Shown here piece after piece: positions 21,651 through 29,567 of a DNA stretch of 32,000 nucleotides. The stretch is from Geobacter metallireducens GS-15. Lineage in GTDB: Bacteria; Desulfobacterota; Desulfuromonadia; Geobacterales; Geobacteraceae. How positions within the stretch are numbered: the first letter of the stretch is position 1; each line of letters starts with the position of its first letter. Under the pieces are notes generated by a model that was not told where the DNA came from, ran no database searches, and saw only the letters and a list, made by a program, of their open reading frames with translations. The stretch is from NCBI RefSeq assembly GCF_000012925.1, contig NC_007517.1:1230001-1262000 (forward strand), read 5' to 3'. A program made the translations under genes and the position numbers.

Positions 21651-22456
21651 TGCGGCTCCCCGGCGGCATCCTGCACGACGGCGCCCGGCTCCGGGACTTC
21701 GCCTTTCGTCCCCTGACCGGCGTGGTGGAGTTGGCCCTGGCCGAGGCGGCCGGGACCGGCGCCTCCTTGCCGGCCAAGGTGACGGCGGCCCTGGCCGCAA
21801 CCCTGGAGCATGTGGGGGGTGAGTCTCCCCTTCCTGCGACGGTGGCGGAGCTTTCGGTGGCCGATCGCCAGGTCCTCATGGGGCAGCTCGCCATGGGACT
21901 CGGGCTGGGGGAGAGCTGGCTCTCGGCCGACTGCGCCCGGTGCGGCGAACGGTTCGATTTCTCCGTACATCACTCGGACCTGCCGGTGAAGGAGGCAGGG
22001 GAGGGATATCCCTTCGCCGAGGTGGAAACGAGCCTCGGGCCGTGTCGCTTCCGGGTTCCCACCGGTGCCGACCAGCAGGCCATTGCGGAGATGGATGACG
22101 GGGAGGCGGTGCGGCTCCTGGTGGGGCGGTGCCTGATGGCCCGTCCCGGCGAATGCGGGGCCGGCGGCGACTTCACCCCTGCTGATCTCGCCCGGATCGA
22201 GGCGGCCCTGGAGACAGTGGCGCCGGAAGTGGCGGTGTCGGTCCAGGCCGCCTGCCCGGCCTGCGGCGCAACCCACGTCATCGAGGTTGACCCCTACCGG
22301 GCCCTGTTTCGCTATTCGGGCTGGGAACTGTTGCAGGAAATTCACATCCTCGCCGCCACCTACCACTGGAGCGAGGAGGAGATCCTGGCCCTTCCCCAGG
22401 AACGGCGCCGGCGCTACCTGGAGCTGATCGACCGGGCGCGGGGGATGGCGCGGTAG
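21650..22456 (+). CDS. Hypothetical eCIS-associated protein with a split 4-Cys zinc-ribbon; no family recognised
   Basis: It is translationally coupled to the tube gene (TGATG). It has CARCGERF and, ~90 residues later, CPACGATH, plus a conserved-looking C-terminal helix HWSEEEILALPQERRRRYLELI. It occupies the tail-chaperone slot of the P2 gene order. Confidence 0.65.
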   Translation: MRLPGGILHDGARLRDFAFRPLTGVVELALAEAAGTGASLPAKVTAALAATLEHVGGESPLPATVAELSVADRQVLMGQLAMGLGLGESWLSADCARCGERFDFSVHHSDLPVKEAGEGYPFAEVETSLGPCRFRVPTGADQQAIAEMDDGEAVRLLVGRCLMARPGECGAGGDFTPADLARIEAALETVAPEVAVSVQAACPACGATHVIEVDPYRALFRYSGWELLQEIHILAATYHWSEEEILALPQERRRRYLELIDRARGMAR

Positions 22457-22472
22457 GATAAGGAATTTTTGT

Positions 22473-23510
22473 ATGGGATTTTTCGCCGACGTCATACGCG
22501 ACAGTCGCAGGGAGGGGCTGGCAGTCCGTGCCCCTGAGGCCCGTGTGCCCCGTGGCGGCGAGGAGGTTCCGTCCGATGCGCCGGTGGCGGCGGAAGGCGC
22601 TCCTGTTGCGCCCGCCGCAGTCACGGGGAGCGATGCGTCGGTGATACGACTTCGGGAGGAGGGGGGCGGTACGCCGGTTACTGCGGGGCAGAGACTTACG
22701 CAGGCTGGAGCCGTCGCCCGACAGGTGGTGGGCCCTTCGCTTTCGGAACACACCCCGGTTGCGGGAATTCCGGAGGCGATGGTTAAAGGGGTAACCCTTC
22801 CCGATCCTGTGAAACGAGAGCAGGCTGGAAGCGAAAGCGACCGAACGGCAGGTGGCGATTTCCGCGTTGAGCAGATGGGGTCATTTCACGACGGTGGTTC
22901 TATCGATGTTCCTCTGGTTCCAGTGGGCGCGAGCGATTCATTCGTACGGGAATCTTCGTCCGGATATGCGGCGTTACAAGCTGTGAAAGTGTCTGTGGAA
23001 ACTCAGGGGAGACAGCAAGCGGGGGAAACCCGTGCGGGCTCCACCACCCCTCCCGGACTAATGGGCAGCGAAACAGTAGAAAACCCGGCCTTGGGGTTGC
23101 CGGAAGAGCCTCTCCGGGCCGACGTTGAGGTGTTCCCGGCCCTCCAGTTGCCGGGGAATCCGCCAATGCCGGCAACGCAGGCGGATCAGTCGCTACAGCA
23201 AGGTGATGTGCCGGAAAAGACCGGACGGTCTGCCGTCCCGCCGGGAAGGGAATCCGTGGAGGAGACGAATCCCGCTCCATCTTCCGGGGCATTACCGGCC
23301 ACTGTGACGCTCCGTCAGCCCCCTGTAACTGCCGTCGGCGAGCAGTTCCCGCGTCATTCCGAACGTCAGGTGGCTCCTCCAGAGCCCCAGGTGAGGATCG
23401 GCACCATCGAGGTCGTGGTGGTGACCCCGGCGCCGGCGGAGCGCCCGTCCCGGAGCGAGGAGCGCTCCCGCCCCGATCTGTCCAGCCGCCACTACTTGAG
23501 GAATTTCTGA
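22473..23510 (+). CDS. Hypothetical low-complexity (Pro/Ala/Gly/Glu/Val-rich) protein in the tape-measure slot
   Basis: An aaggaa RBS lies 7 nt upstream of ATG 22473. It is the only ORF filling the gap between its neighbours. It has short ordered-looking ends (MGFFADVIRDSRREG ... PQVRIGTIEVVVVTPAP ... SSRHYLRNF). Confidence 0.55.
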   Translation: MGFFADVIRDSRREGLAVRAPEARVPRGGEEVPSDAPVAAEGAPVAPAAVTGSDASVIRLREEGGGTPVTAGQRLTQAGAVARQVVGPSLSEHTPVAGIPEAMVKGVTLPDPVKREQAGSESDRTAGGDFRVEQMGSFHDGGSIDVPLVPVGASDSFVRESSSGYAALQAVKVSVETQGRQQAGETRAGSTTPPGLMGSETVENPALGLPEEPLRADVEVFPALQLPGNPPMPATQADQSLQQGDVPEKTGRSAVPPGRESVEETNPAPSSGALPATVTLRQPPVTAVGEQFPRHSERQVAPPEPQVRIGTIEVVVVTPAPAERPSRSEERSRPDLSSRHYLRNF

Positions 23511-23511
23511 C

Positions 23512-24546
23512 ATGGCCCTTCCGCGCTCATCACTCTCCCAGGTCTGCCGGGCCATCGCCGACTTCGTCAGCGTGGGGCTCGACGCCAGCGCCAACTCGAT
23601 CCAGGTGATGATCGGCTCTCCGGCCAGCGCCGCGCCGGCAACTGCCGATACGAATCACCGGGTGAACCTCTTCTTCTACCGGGTCGAGCCGGCCGGATTC
23701 TTCACCGGCGACACCCCCGGCGACCCCTGGTGGGTGAGGCTCCACTGCCTCGTCACCGGCTTCGGCCTCGACGAGGAGCAGATAAGCGCCGGCGAGAACG
23801 ATCTGCGCCTCCTGGGGGAGGTGATGCGCCTCTTTCACGAGACGCCGGTGCAGTCGGCCCTGACGGTGGATGACGAGACGTTCCGGCTCCAGGTGGTCTT
23901 TCACCCCCTGGGGGCTGACGAGTTGAACCACATCTGGTCCACCCAGGGGGATGTGAGCTACCGTCCCTCCATCGCCTACGAGATGGCCCTGGCGCCGGTG
24001 CTCCCCGCGGAGCGCCGTCCCGAAAGCCCCCTGGTGGGGCGGATCGGTACCGAGGTTCGGGCCGTTCCCGCCGCCCGCACCTCCCCCTTCGGCGGCGCTG
24101 CCGCCGCGCCGCCGGTTCCCCGCACGACGGTGGATGCCTCGCGCCCCGACTGGCCGCCGGTCATCAGCTTCGTGCTCGATGGCGGAACGTGCGCCCAAAG
24201 CCTCCTCTTTGCCCACGGAAGCCAGGAACTGGCGGATTTCACGCCCCAGGTCTGGGTGGCCGGGGAGCCCGCCGCCCCCGTGACCCTTGCCTGGCAGCGC
24301 TGGACGAGCACCGGCGGCTGGGAGGATGTGGCGGACCCGACGGCCACCATGGCTACGGACCTTGTGCTGGATCCCGCCGCAGCGGGCGATGCGGATTCCG
24401 TTGAGGTTGCTCTTCCGGAGGAACTGGTTTCCGACGGCGGTCAGGCGGTTCTCTACGCCGAGCGGAGCTTCGTGCGGGGTGCGGACGGGGTGACAGTGAC
24501 TGTGCGGAGCAATCCCCTCCTCGTCACCGTCCATGGGGGAGCGTGA
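23512..24546 (+). CDS. DUF4255 (Pvc16/Afp16-like) tail terminator/cap protein
   Basis: The N-terminal domain pattern is present (L..V...I..F....L........I.VMIGSP ..... HRVNLFFYRVEP). A ~170-aa C-terminal extension follows. Confidence 0.8.
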   Translation: MALPRSSLSQVCRAIADFVSVGLDASANSIQVMIGSPASAAPATADTNHRVNLFFYRVEPAGFFTGDTPGDPWWVRLHCLVTGFGLDEEQISAGENDLRLLGEVMRLFHETPVQSALTVDDETFRLQVVFHPLGADELNHIWSTQGDVSYRPSIAYEMALAPVLPAERRPESPLVGRIGTEVRAVPAARTSPFGGAAAAPPVPRTTVDASRPDWPPVISFVLDGGTCAQSLLFAHGSQELADFTPQVWVAGEPAAPVTLAWQRWTSTGGWEDVADPTATMATDLVLDPAAAGDADSVEVALPEELVSDGGQAVLYAERSFVRGADGVTVTVRSNPLLVTVHGGA

Positions 24547-25883
24547 TGGAAGCCGCCGCACGGACCATGACAGAGGATACCTTCTCCCCCGAGTGGGAGC
24601 GGATCGGCCTCCTGGCCCAGATCCTGGCCGGGTCCCGCCAGGGGCGGGAGGCGTCAACGGGGGAGCTGGAGCGGCTCCGGACGCTCCAGCAGCAGGTGGA
24701 GGCGTCCCGCCGGCAAGAGGGGGGCTGGCGTGTGGTGGCACCGGCGGGGCTCTCTCCCATCGAGTTCGACGTCCTCGCCTGCGTCGTGGCCCCCGAGGCG
24801 GAGCCCCGACTTGGGTGGCTCTTCCAGACTCTTCAGCCCGGCACCCCCACCCCCTACCCGACGCCGGCGCTACTCCAGGAGCTTCTGGCCATGGCCCCGG
24901 AGGAGACGCCGCTCCTCTACGGTGCCCTCACCGAGTCATCCCCCCTGCGCATCGGCGGCCTCATCGAGGTGGAGGGGGGGGATCCGTTCCAACCGGTGAA
25001 ACCGGTACCCGGCGTAACGGCGAGGCTCCTGGGGCGTCCCGCCGTCACCGGCGATCTCCCAGGGGCGGTATTGGTGAAAACCCCGGCCCGCTGGGACGAT
25101 CTGGTGCTCCCCCTGGATCGGGTCGCCATGCTCCGGGAGTTTCTCCTCTGGATCACCCACAAGGCCACGGTGGTCGGCGAGTGGGGAGGCGGCGACTGCG
25201 GTGGGCCGGTAGGGCTCTTCGCCGGGCCGTCGGGGACTGGCAAGACCTTCGCCGCGGCGGTCCTGGCCGCGGAACTGGGGTGGCCCCTCTACCGGGTGGA
25301 CCTGGGGCGGCTCGTGAGCAAGTACATCGGCGAGACGGAAAAGAACCTGAACCGCCTCTTCGACGCGGCCCACGGCCAGCCCATGATCCTCCAGTTCGAC
25401 GAGGCCGACAGCCTCTTCAGCAAGCGGGGGGAGGTGCGGGAGGCCCGGGACCGCTACGCCAACATGGAGGTGAGCCACCTCCTGGCACGCATCGAGTCCC
25501 ACCAGGGGCCGGTGATCCTCACCACCAATCTCCGCAAGCACCTGGACCCGGCCTTTGCCCGCCGCTTCCAGGTGGTGGTGGACTTTCCCCGCCCCGATGC
25601 CGATGCCCGCACACGGCTCTGGCAGCGGCTCCTCCCCCCCCGGGCACCCTTAGAGCCGGGAGTGGACCCTGCCTTCCTCGGGGCCGCCGTCAACCTGACC
25701 GGCGGGAGCATCCGCAATGCCGCTCTCCACGCCGCCTACCTGGCCGCCGGCGCCGGGAAGCCCCTGGGGCTCGGCCACTTGGCCCTGGCGGTCTGGCGGG
25801 AACTGGGGAAGGACGGGAGGGAACTTTCCCCACTCGACCTGGGGCCCCTGGCTCCGTTCCTTCCCAGGGAGGCCCCATGCTGA
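24546..25883 (+). CDS. AAA+ ATPase (Afp15/Pvc15-like eCIS assembly ATPase)
   Basis: Walker [10 protein letters not shown] and Walker B MILQFDEADSLF are present, with the second region of homology TTNLRKHLDPAFARRF. The ATG overlaps the upstream TGA, and an in-frame GTG at 24543 is also a possible start. Confidence 0.9.
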   Translation: MEAAARTMTEDTFSPEWERIGLLAQILAGSRQGREASTGELERLRTLQQQVEASRRQEGGWRVVAPAGLSPIEFDVLACVVAPEAEPRLGWLFQTLQPGTPTPYPTPALLQELLAMAPEETPLLYGALTESSPLRIGGLIEVEGGDPFQPVKPVPGVTARLLGRPAVTGDLPGAVLVKTPARWDDLVLPLDRVAMLREFLLWITHKATVVGEWGGGDCGGPVGLFAGPSGTGKTFAAAVLAAELGWPLYRVDLGRLVSKYIGETEKNLNRLFDAAHGQPMILQFDEADSLFSKRGEVREARDRYANMEVSHLLARIESHQGPVILTTNLRKHLDPAFARRFQVVVDFPRPDADARTRLWQRLLPPRAPLEPGVDPAFLGAAVNLTGGSIRNAALHAAYLAAGAGKPLGLGHLALAVWRELGKDGRELSPLDLGPLAPFLPREAPC

Positions 25884-26110
25884 CTATTGATCGCCTGCGC
25901 CTTCAATTGCCCCCCGCCTTCCGGGACCGGGCCGGGGAGATCGCCCAACTGGTCGCGGAGGAGTTGGCAACGGTCCCCATGGCCAGCGATTTCCATCTCG
26001 ACCGACTGGCGGTGCCGCCGGTGGAGGTGCACCCCCAGGCAACCGACCGCGACGTGGCCCGGGCCGTGGCCCAGTCGGTCCATACCGGGATACGGAACGA
26101 AACGAGGTAA
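25877..26110 (+). CDS. Small hypothetical protein (77 aa), translationally coupled to the ATPase
   Basis: An ATGCTGA overlap links it to the ATPase stop. It fills the otherwise empty 232 nt between the ATPase and the next gene. No motif was recognised. Confidence 0.5.
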   Translation: MLTIDRLRLQLPPAFRDRAGEIAQLVAEELATVPMASDFHLDRLAVPPVEVHPQATDRDVARAVAQSVHTGIRNETR

Positions 26111-26114
26111 CATC

Positions 26115-26753
26115 ATGCTCAACACCGTCAAGGGGATGCTCATCGAATACGCCCTGTCGCTCCCACCGCTGGTGCTGGCCTTCGACTTCAACCCCCAGTC
26201 CCTGACCCGCTCCCGCACCATCACCCTGCGGACCGGCAGCGCTCCCGGCACCCGGGGGGGATACGACTTCGCCCTCCCCACCGAGACGGCCCGGGTGGCC
26301 CAGGGGGTCACGGTGCAGCCCGAGAGCTTCACCATCGAGATCCTTCTGGACGCCACCGACCGGATGAACGACGGTGACCCCATCGCCACCCAGTTCGGCA
26401 TCGAACCGGAGCTGGATACGCTGCGCACCATGGTGGAGCCCAAGGCCCAGGGGCCCGGTGGCCTCCAGACCCTCGCAAGCCTCGGCCTCGGCGGCCAGCG
26501 GGCGTTCCAGCGGAGCGAGTCCGCGTCGGTGCTTCTCCTGGTCTGGGGTACCCACATCCTCCCCGTATTCCTCACGAGCATCCGCGTCACCGAGGAGGCC
26601 CACCTCCCGTCCCTGGTCCCCTACCGGGCCCGGGCGAGCCTCACCATGCAGGTCATCGAGGGGAACAACCCCTTCTACCAGGTGGAGAAGGTGCGGCAGG
26701 TGGTGGGTGCCGCCCTCAACACGGGTCGCACCGTGATCGGAGGGATTTTCTGA
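26115..26753 (+). CDS. Tube-fold baseplate protein (Afp5/Afp7 N-terminal-like tube initiator candidate)
   Basis: The internal ATG 26115 of the track ORF starts 4 nt after the previous stop. The N-terminal LIEYALSLPPLVLAFDFNPQSLTRSR resembles the FxFNP motif of CIS tube/initiator proteins. This is from memory and unverified. Confidence 0.6.
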   Translation: MLNTVKGMLIEYALSLPPLVLAFDFNPQSLTRSRTITLRTGSAPGTRGGYDFALPTETARVAQGVTVQPESFTIEILLDATDRMNDGDPIATQFGIEPELDTLRTMVEPKAQGPGGLQTLASLGLGGQRAFQRSESASVLLLVWGTHILPVFLTSIRVTEEAHLPSLVPYRARASLTMQVIEGNNPFYQVEKVRQVVGAALNTGRTVIGGIF

Positions 26754-26754
26754 C

Positions 26755-27045
26755 ATGTTCCAGAAGGGGAGCCGCTACGAGAAAACCGACAGATTCGCGC
26801 CGTCCGCCGACGGGACCACGGTCTTCGCTGGTATCCGTCCCCGGGCCATCGGCCCCGCCACCGGGGTGGTGGAGCACGTGGTGAAGGCCGGCGACCGCCT
26901 CGACCTCCTGGCGCGCCACTACTACAACGACGACCGCCTCTGGTGGCGGATCGTCGATGCCAACCCCGACTTCCTCTACGGCGGCGACATGGTGCTGGAA
27001 GAGATGGAGGGGATGGTGATCCTGATACCGAAGGCGAAGGAATAG
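26755..27045 (+). CDS. LysM-like / P2 tail protein X-like protein
   Basis: HVVKAGDRLDLLARHYYNDDRLWWRIVDANP is a LysM/gpX-type helix-loop-helix motif. The product is 96 aa. Confidence 0.7.
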   Translation: MFQKGSRYEKTDRFAPSADGTTVFAGIRPRAIGPATGVVEHVVKAGDRLDLLARHYYNDDRLWWRIVDANPDFLYGGDMVLEEMEGMVILIPKAKE

Positions 27046-27048
27046 GGG

Positions 27049-28194
27049 ATGATCCTCGATTTTCTGACATCAAAACGCCGCGAACCGGCCGAGTGCATCA
27101 TCCTCGTGGGTAGCGCCGGGCTTGAGATCACCGACCTCTACCCCTTCCTCACGGAGGTGACGGTGGATGCCGGCCGGGCCGAGCCGACGGTGGCGACCAT
27201 CACCTTCGAGAGCCGCCGCGACGAGCAGGGTCGGTGGCTCGTTCAGGACGACGGCCGCCTCGCCCCCTGGGAGCCCATAGTCATCGAGGCGGCCTTCGGC
27301 TCCGCCACCGAGGAGGTGATGCGGGGGTACATCCGGGAGGTCCGGGCCGACTACCCCGAGGATGCCGGGAGCGCCCGGGTGATCGTGGAGTGCCGTGACG
27401 ACTCCCTGGCCCTGGATCGGGAGCATGTGCGGGAGGTCTGGGGAGGGGACGCCCCCACCACCGACATGGTGATCGTCCCGGCGATCCTCGGCAAGTACGG
27501 GCTCTCACCGGACCCGGCCAACGGCAGCGGACAGACGGGGCTCGTCATCAACCAGGACGGGACCGACATCGAGTTTCTCCGCAGCCGGGCCGAGGCCAAC
27601 GGCTACGACCTCCTCTTCCGGGGGGGGATGGTCTACTTCGGCCCCATGCGCCTCGACGCGGAACCCCAGGAGACCATCATGGTCTACGCCGGCGAGGCGA
27701 CCAGTGCCTACCGCTTCTCGGTCAGGGACGATGGGCACCAGGCCGACCGGGTCGCCTTCGACCGGGCCGAGACCGCCGGGAGCGGCACCGTCTCCGAAAC
27801 GGTCGATCCGGACCTCCCCCTTTTGGGGAACGAGGCGGCCACGGGGGCTGGGAGCGGGCTCCCCGATTTCGCCTGGCGTATGAGCCGCCAGGGGGAGATG
27901 AGTGAAGACGAGTGGCGGGCCCGGGCCCAGCGCCGGGCCAACGACCTCTCCCTACGGGTGAAGGGGGAGGGGGAACTGGACGGTTCCCTCTACGGCCACG
28001 TGCTCCGGGTGGGGGAGCCGGTTGGGGTGGACGGCGTGGGGGATCGCTACGGCGGCATCTGGTTCGTGGATACCGTCAATCACCGGTTCAGCACCGAGGG
28101 ATACCGCCAGAGCTTCAACCTGCTGCGCAACGCCTACGGCGACAACCTGGGAAGCGGCGCCGGCGGCGTTCTGGCCGGCGTGTTGGGGGGATAG
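27049..28194 (+). CDS. Late control gene D-like baseplate hub protein (VgrG N-terminal module)
   Basis: The gpD family is recognisable from its length (381 aa), from DRYGGIWFVDTVNHRFSTEGYRQSFNLLRN near the C-terminus, and from its position directly before the spike. Confidence 0.85.
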   Translation: MILDFLTSKRREPAECIILVGSAGLEITDLYPFLTEVTVDAGRAEPTVATITFESRRDEQGRWLVQDDGRLAPWEPIVIEAAFGSATEEVMRGYIREVRADYPEDAGSARVIVECRDDSLALDREHVREVWGGDAPTTDMVIVPAILGKYGLSPDPANGSGQTGLVINQDGTDIEFLRSRAEANGYDLLFRGGMVYFGPMRLDAEPQETIMVYAGEATSAYRFSVRDDGHQADRVAFDRAETAGSGTVSETVDPDLPLLGNEAATGAGSGLPDFAWRMSRQGEMSEDEWRARAQRRANDLSLRVKGEGELDGSLYGHVLRVGEPVGVDGVGDRYGGIWFVDTVNHRFSTEGYRQSFNLLRNAYGDNLGSGAGGVLAGVLGG

Positions 28195-29007
28195 ATGGAC
28201 GACCTGCTCCTGGAACTGGCGCGGCAGTACCGCAACCGCTACTACGGCAAGTACCGCGGGTTCGTGACCGACAACGACGACCCGGAGCAACGGGGGCGGC
28301 TCCGCCTCATGGTTCCGTCGGTCCTGGGCGAAACCCCCACCGGGTGGGCCCTGCCGAGCCTCCCCTTCGGCGGTCTGGCCGACCAGGGGCTCTTCATGGT
28401 CCCCGAGGTGGATGCCCAGGTCTGGGTTGAGTTCGAGGCGGGGAACGTGAACCTTCCCATCTGGACCGGCACTTTCTGGCAGGCGAGCGGCGACCCGCCG
28501 GCGGAGGCGGCCAAGTCTCCCCCCACGACCCGGGTGCTGAAGACTCCGTCGGGCCACATCCTCCAGTTCGACGACGAGTCGGGGGCCGAGAAGTTCCGTC
28601 TGGCCCACCCGGCCGGGACCGAGATGACAGTGGACGAGAAGGGGACGGTGATCGTGGCAGACGCCAAGGGAAACACCCTGACCCTCGACGCCGACGCGGG
28701 GAAAGTGGTGGTGGAGGACAGTAACGGCAACACCATCACCATGTCCTCCAGCGGCACCACCATCGAGGACGCCAACGGCAACAAGGTGGAGATGGCCGCT
28801 TCTGGGGTCACCGTCAAGGGACAGCAGGTGGTGGTGGATGCGCAGACGGTGATGCTGGCGGGGCAGGGGGGCGAACCGATCATCAAGGGGCAGAGCTTCC
28901 TCACCCTCTTCGCCACCCACGTCCACCCCAGCGCCATGGGACCCACGGGGCCTCCCATTCCGCAGGGGGAGATGAGTACTTTGTCCATGAAGGTGATGAC
29001 GTCGTAG
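28195..29007 (+). CDS. Baseplate central spike (P2 gpV / gp5 OB-fold + beta-helix + HxH apex)
   Basis: YYGKYRGFVTDNDDPEQRGRLRLMVPSVLG...WALP is the gpV/gp5 OB-fold signature. It is followed by ~8-residue beta-helix repeats (TVIVADAKGNTLTLDADAGKVVVEDSNGNTITMSSSGTTIEDANGNKVEMAASGVTVKG) and THVHP at 28915-28929. Confidence 0.88.
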   Translation: MDDLLLELARQYRNRYYGKYRGFVTDNDDPEQRGRLRLMVPSVLGETPTGWALPSLPFGGLADQGLFMVPEVDAQVWVEFEAGNVNLPIWTGTFWQASGDPPAEAAKSPPTTRVLKTPSGHILQFDDESGAEKFRLAHPAGTEMTVDEKGTVIVADAKGNTLTLDADAGKVVVEDSNGNTITMSSSGTTIEDANGNKVEMAASGVTVKGQQVVVDAQTVMLAGQGGEPIIKGQSFLTLFATHVHPSAMGPTGPPIPQGEMSTLSMKVMTS

Positions 29008-29051
29008 ATGTAAACCCCACGTGGTTGTACCTTGTATAAAGCACAACGCAA

Positions 29052-29172
29052 GGGCTGCGGAATTTGCGGCAGATCGTCGCACCCGCAGGAGCGACCGCGG
29101 AGGCGTAGCCCAAGCTACGCCGCACAAGGAAACGACGAGGACGGCGGCGAGATGGCGTGAAAGCCGCAGCCC
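29052..29172 (+). other. Candidate structured RNA element in the only long intergenic gap of the eCIS operon
   Basis: GGGCTGCGG (29052-29060) is complementary to CCGCAGCCC (29164-29172). This stem encloses the hairpins GTCGC-N10-GCGAC (29076-29095) and GGCGTAGC-ccaa-GCTACGCC (29102-29121). The 3' arm ends 5 nt before the gp25 RBS GGGAGG. Confidence 0.3.
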
Positions 29173-29188
29173 CATCTGGGAGGACAAT

Positions 29189-29563
29189 ATGAACCGTCTG
29201 GCCGATCCACCATACATGGCCTTTCCACTACGCATCGGCGACCACGGGGCCGCCACGGCCGACCGCCGGTCCCACGTGCGGCAGCAGATCGAGCAGGTTC
29301 TCTTCACCAACCCGGGCGAGCGGGTCTTTCGGCCCGACTTCGGGGCGGGGCTCAAGCAACTGGTCTTCGAGCCCAATTCCTCGGTCCTCTGGGAGATCAC
29401 CCGCAAGCGGATCTCCTCGTCCCTGGCCGAGGCCCTCCGGGGGGAGGTGGACCCCAAGAGCCTGGAGGTGGATGTGCGAGGGGAGGGGGAGAAGCTCCTG
29501 ATAACCGTTTCCTATGCCCTGGCCGCCATCGGCCACGGCGAGCGGCACGAATTCCTGGTGTGA
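29189..29563 (+). CDS. gp25/GPW-family baseplate wedge protein
   Basis: ATG 29189 lies 5 nt after GGGAGG. The motifs MAFPLRIG...G and VRQQIEQVLFTNPGERVFRPDFGAGL are typical of gpW/gp25, and the product is 124 aa. The GTG 29021 extension in the track is Arg-rich non-coding-looking sequence. Confidence 0.85.
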   Translation: MNRLADPPYMAFPLRIGDHGAATADRRSHVRQQIEQVLFTNPGERVFRPDFGAGLKQLVFEPNSSVLWEITRKRISSSLAEALRGEVDPKSLEVDVRGEGEKLLITVSYALAAIGHGERHEFLV

Positions 29564-29567
29564 GACC

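Noticed and set aside
24533-26110. A 525-aa plus-strand ORF overlapping the whole AAA+ ATPase gene in another frame.
   Set aside because: The translation is Gly/Arg/Pro-rich nonsense for the first ~450 residues. Only the last 77 codons (25877-26110), which lie downstream of the ATPase stop, were kept as a possible small gene.
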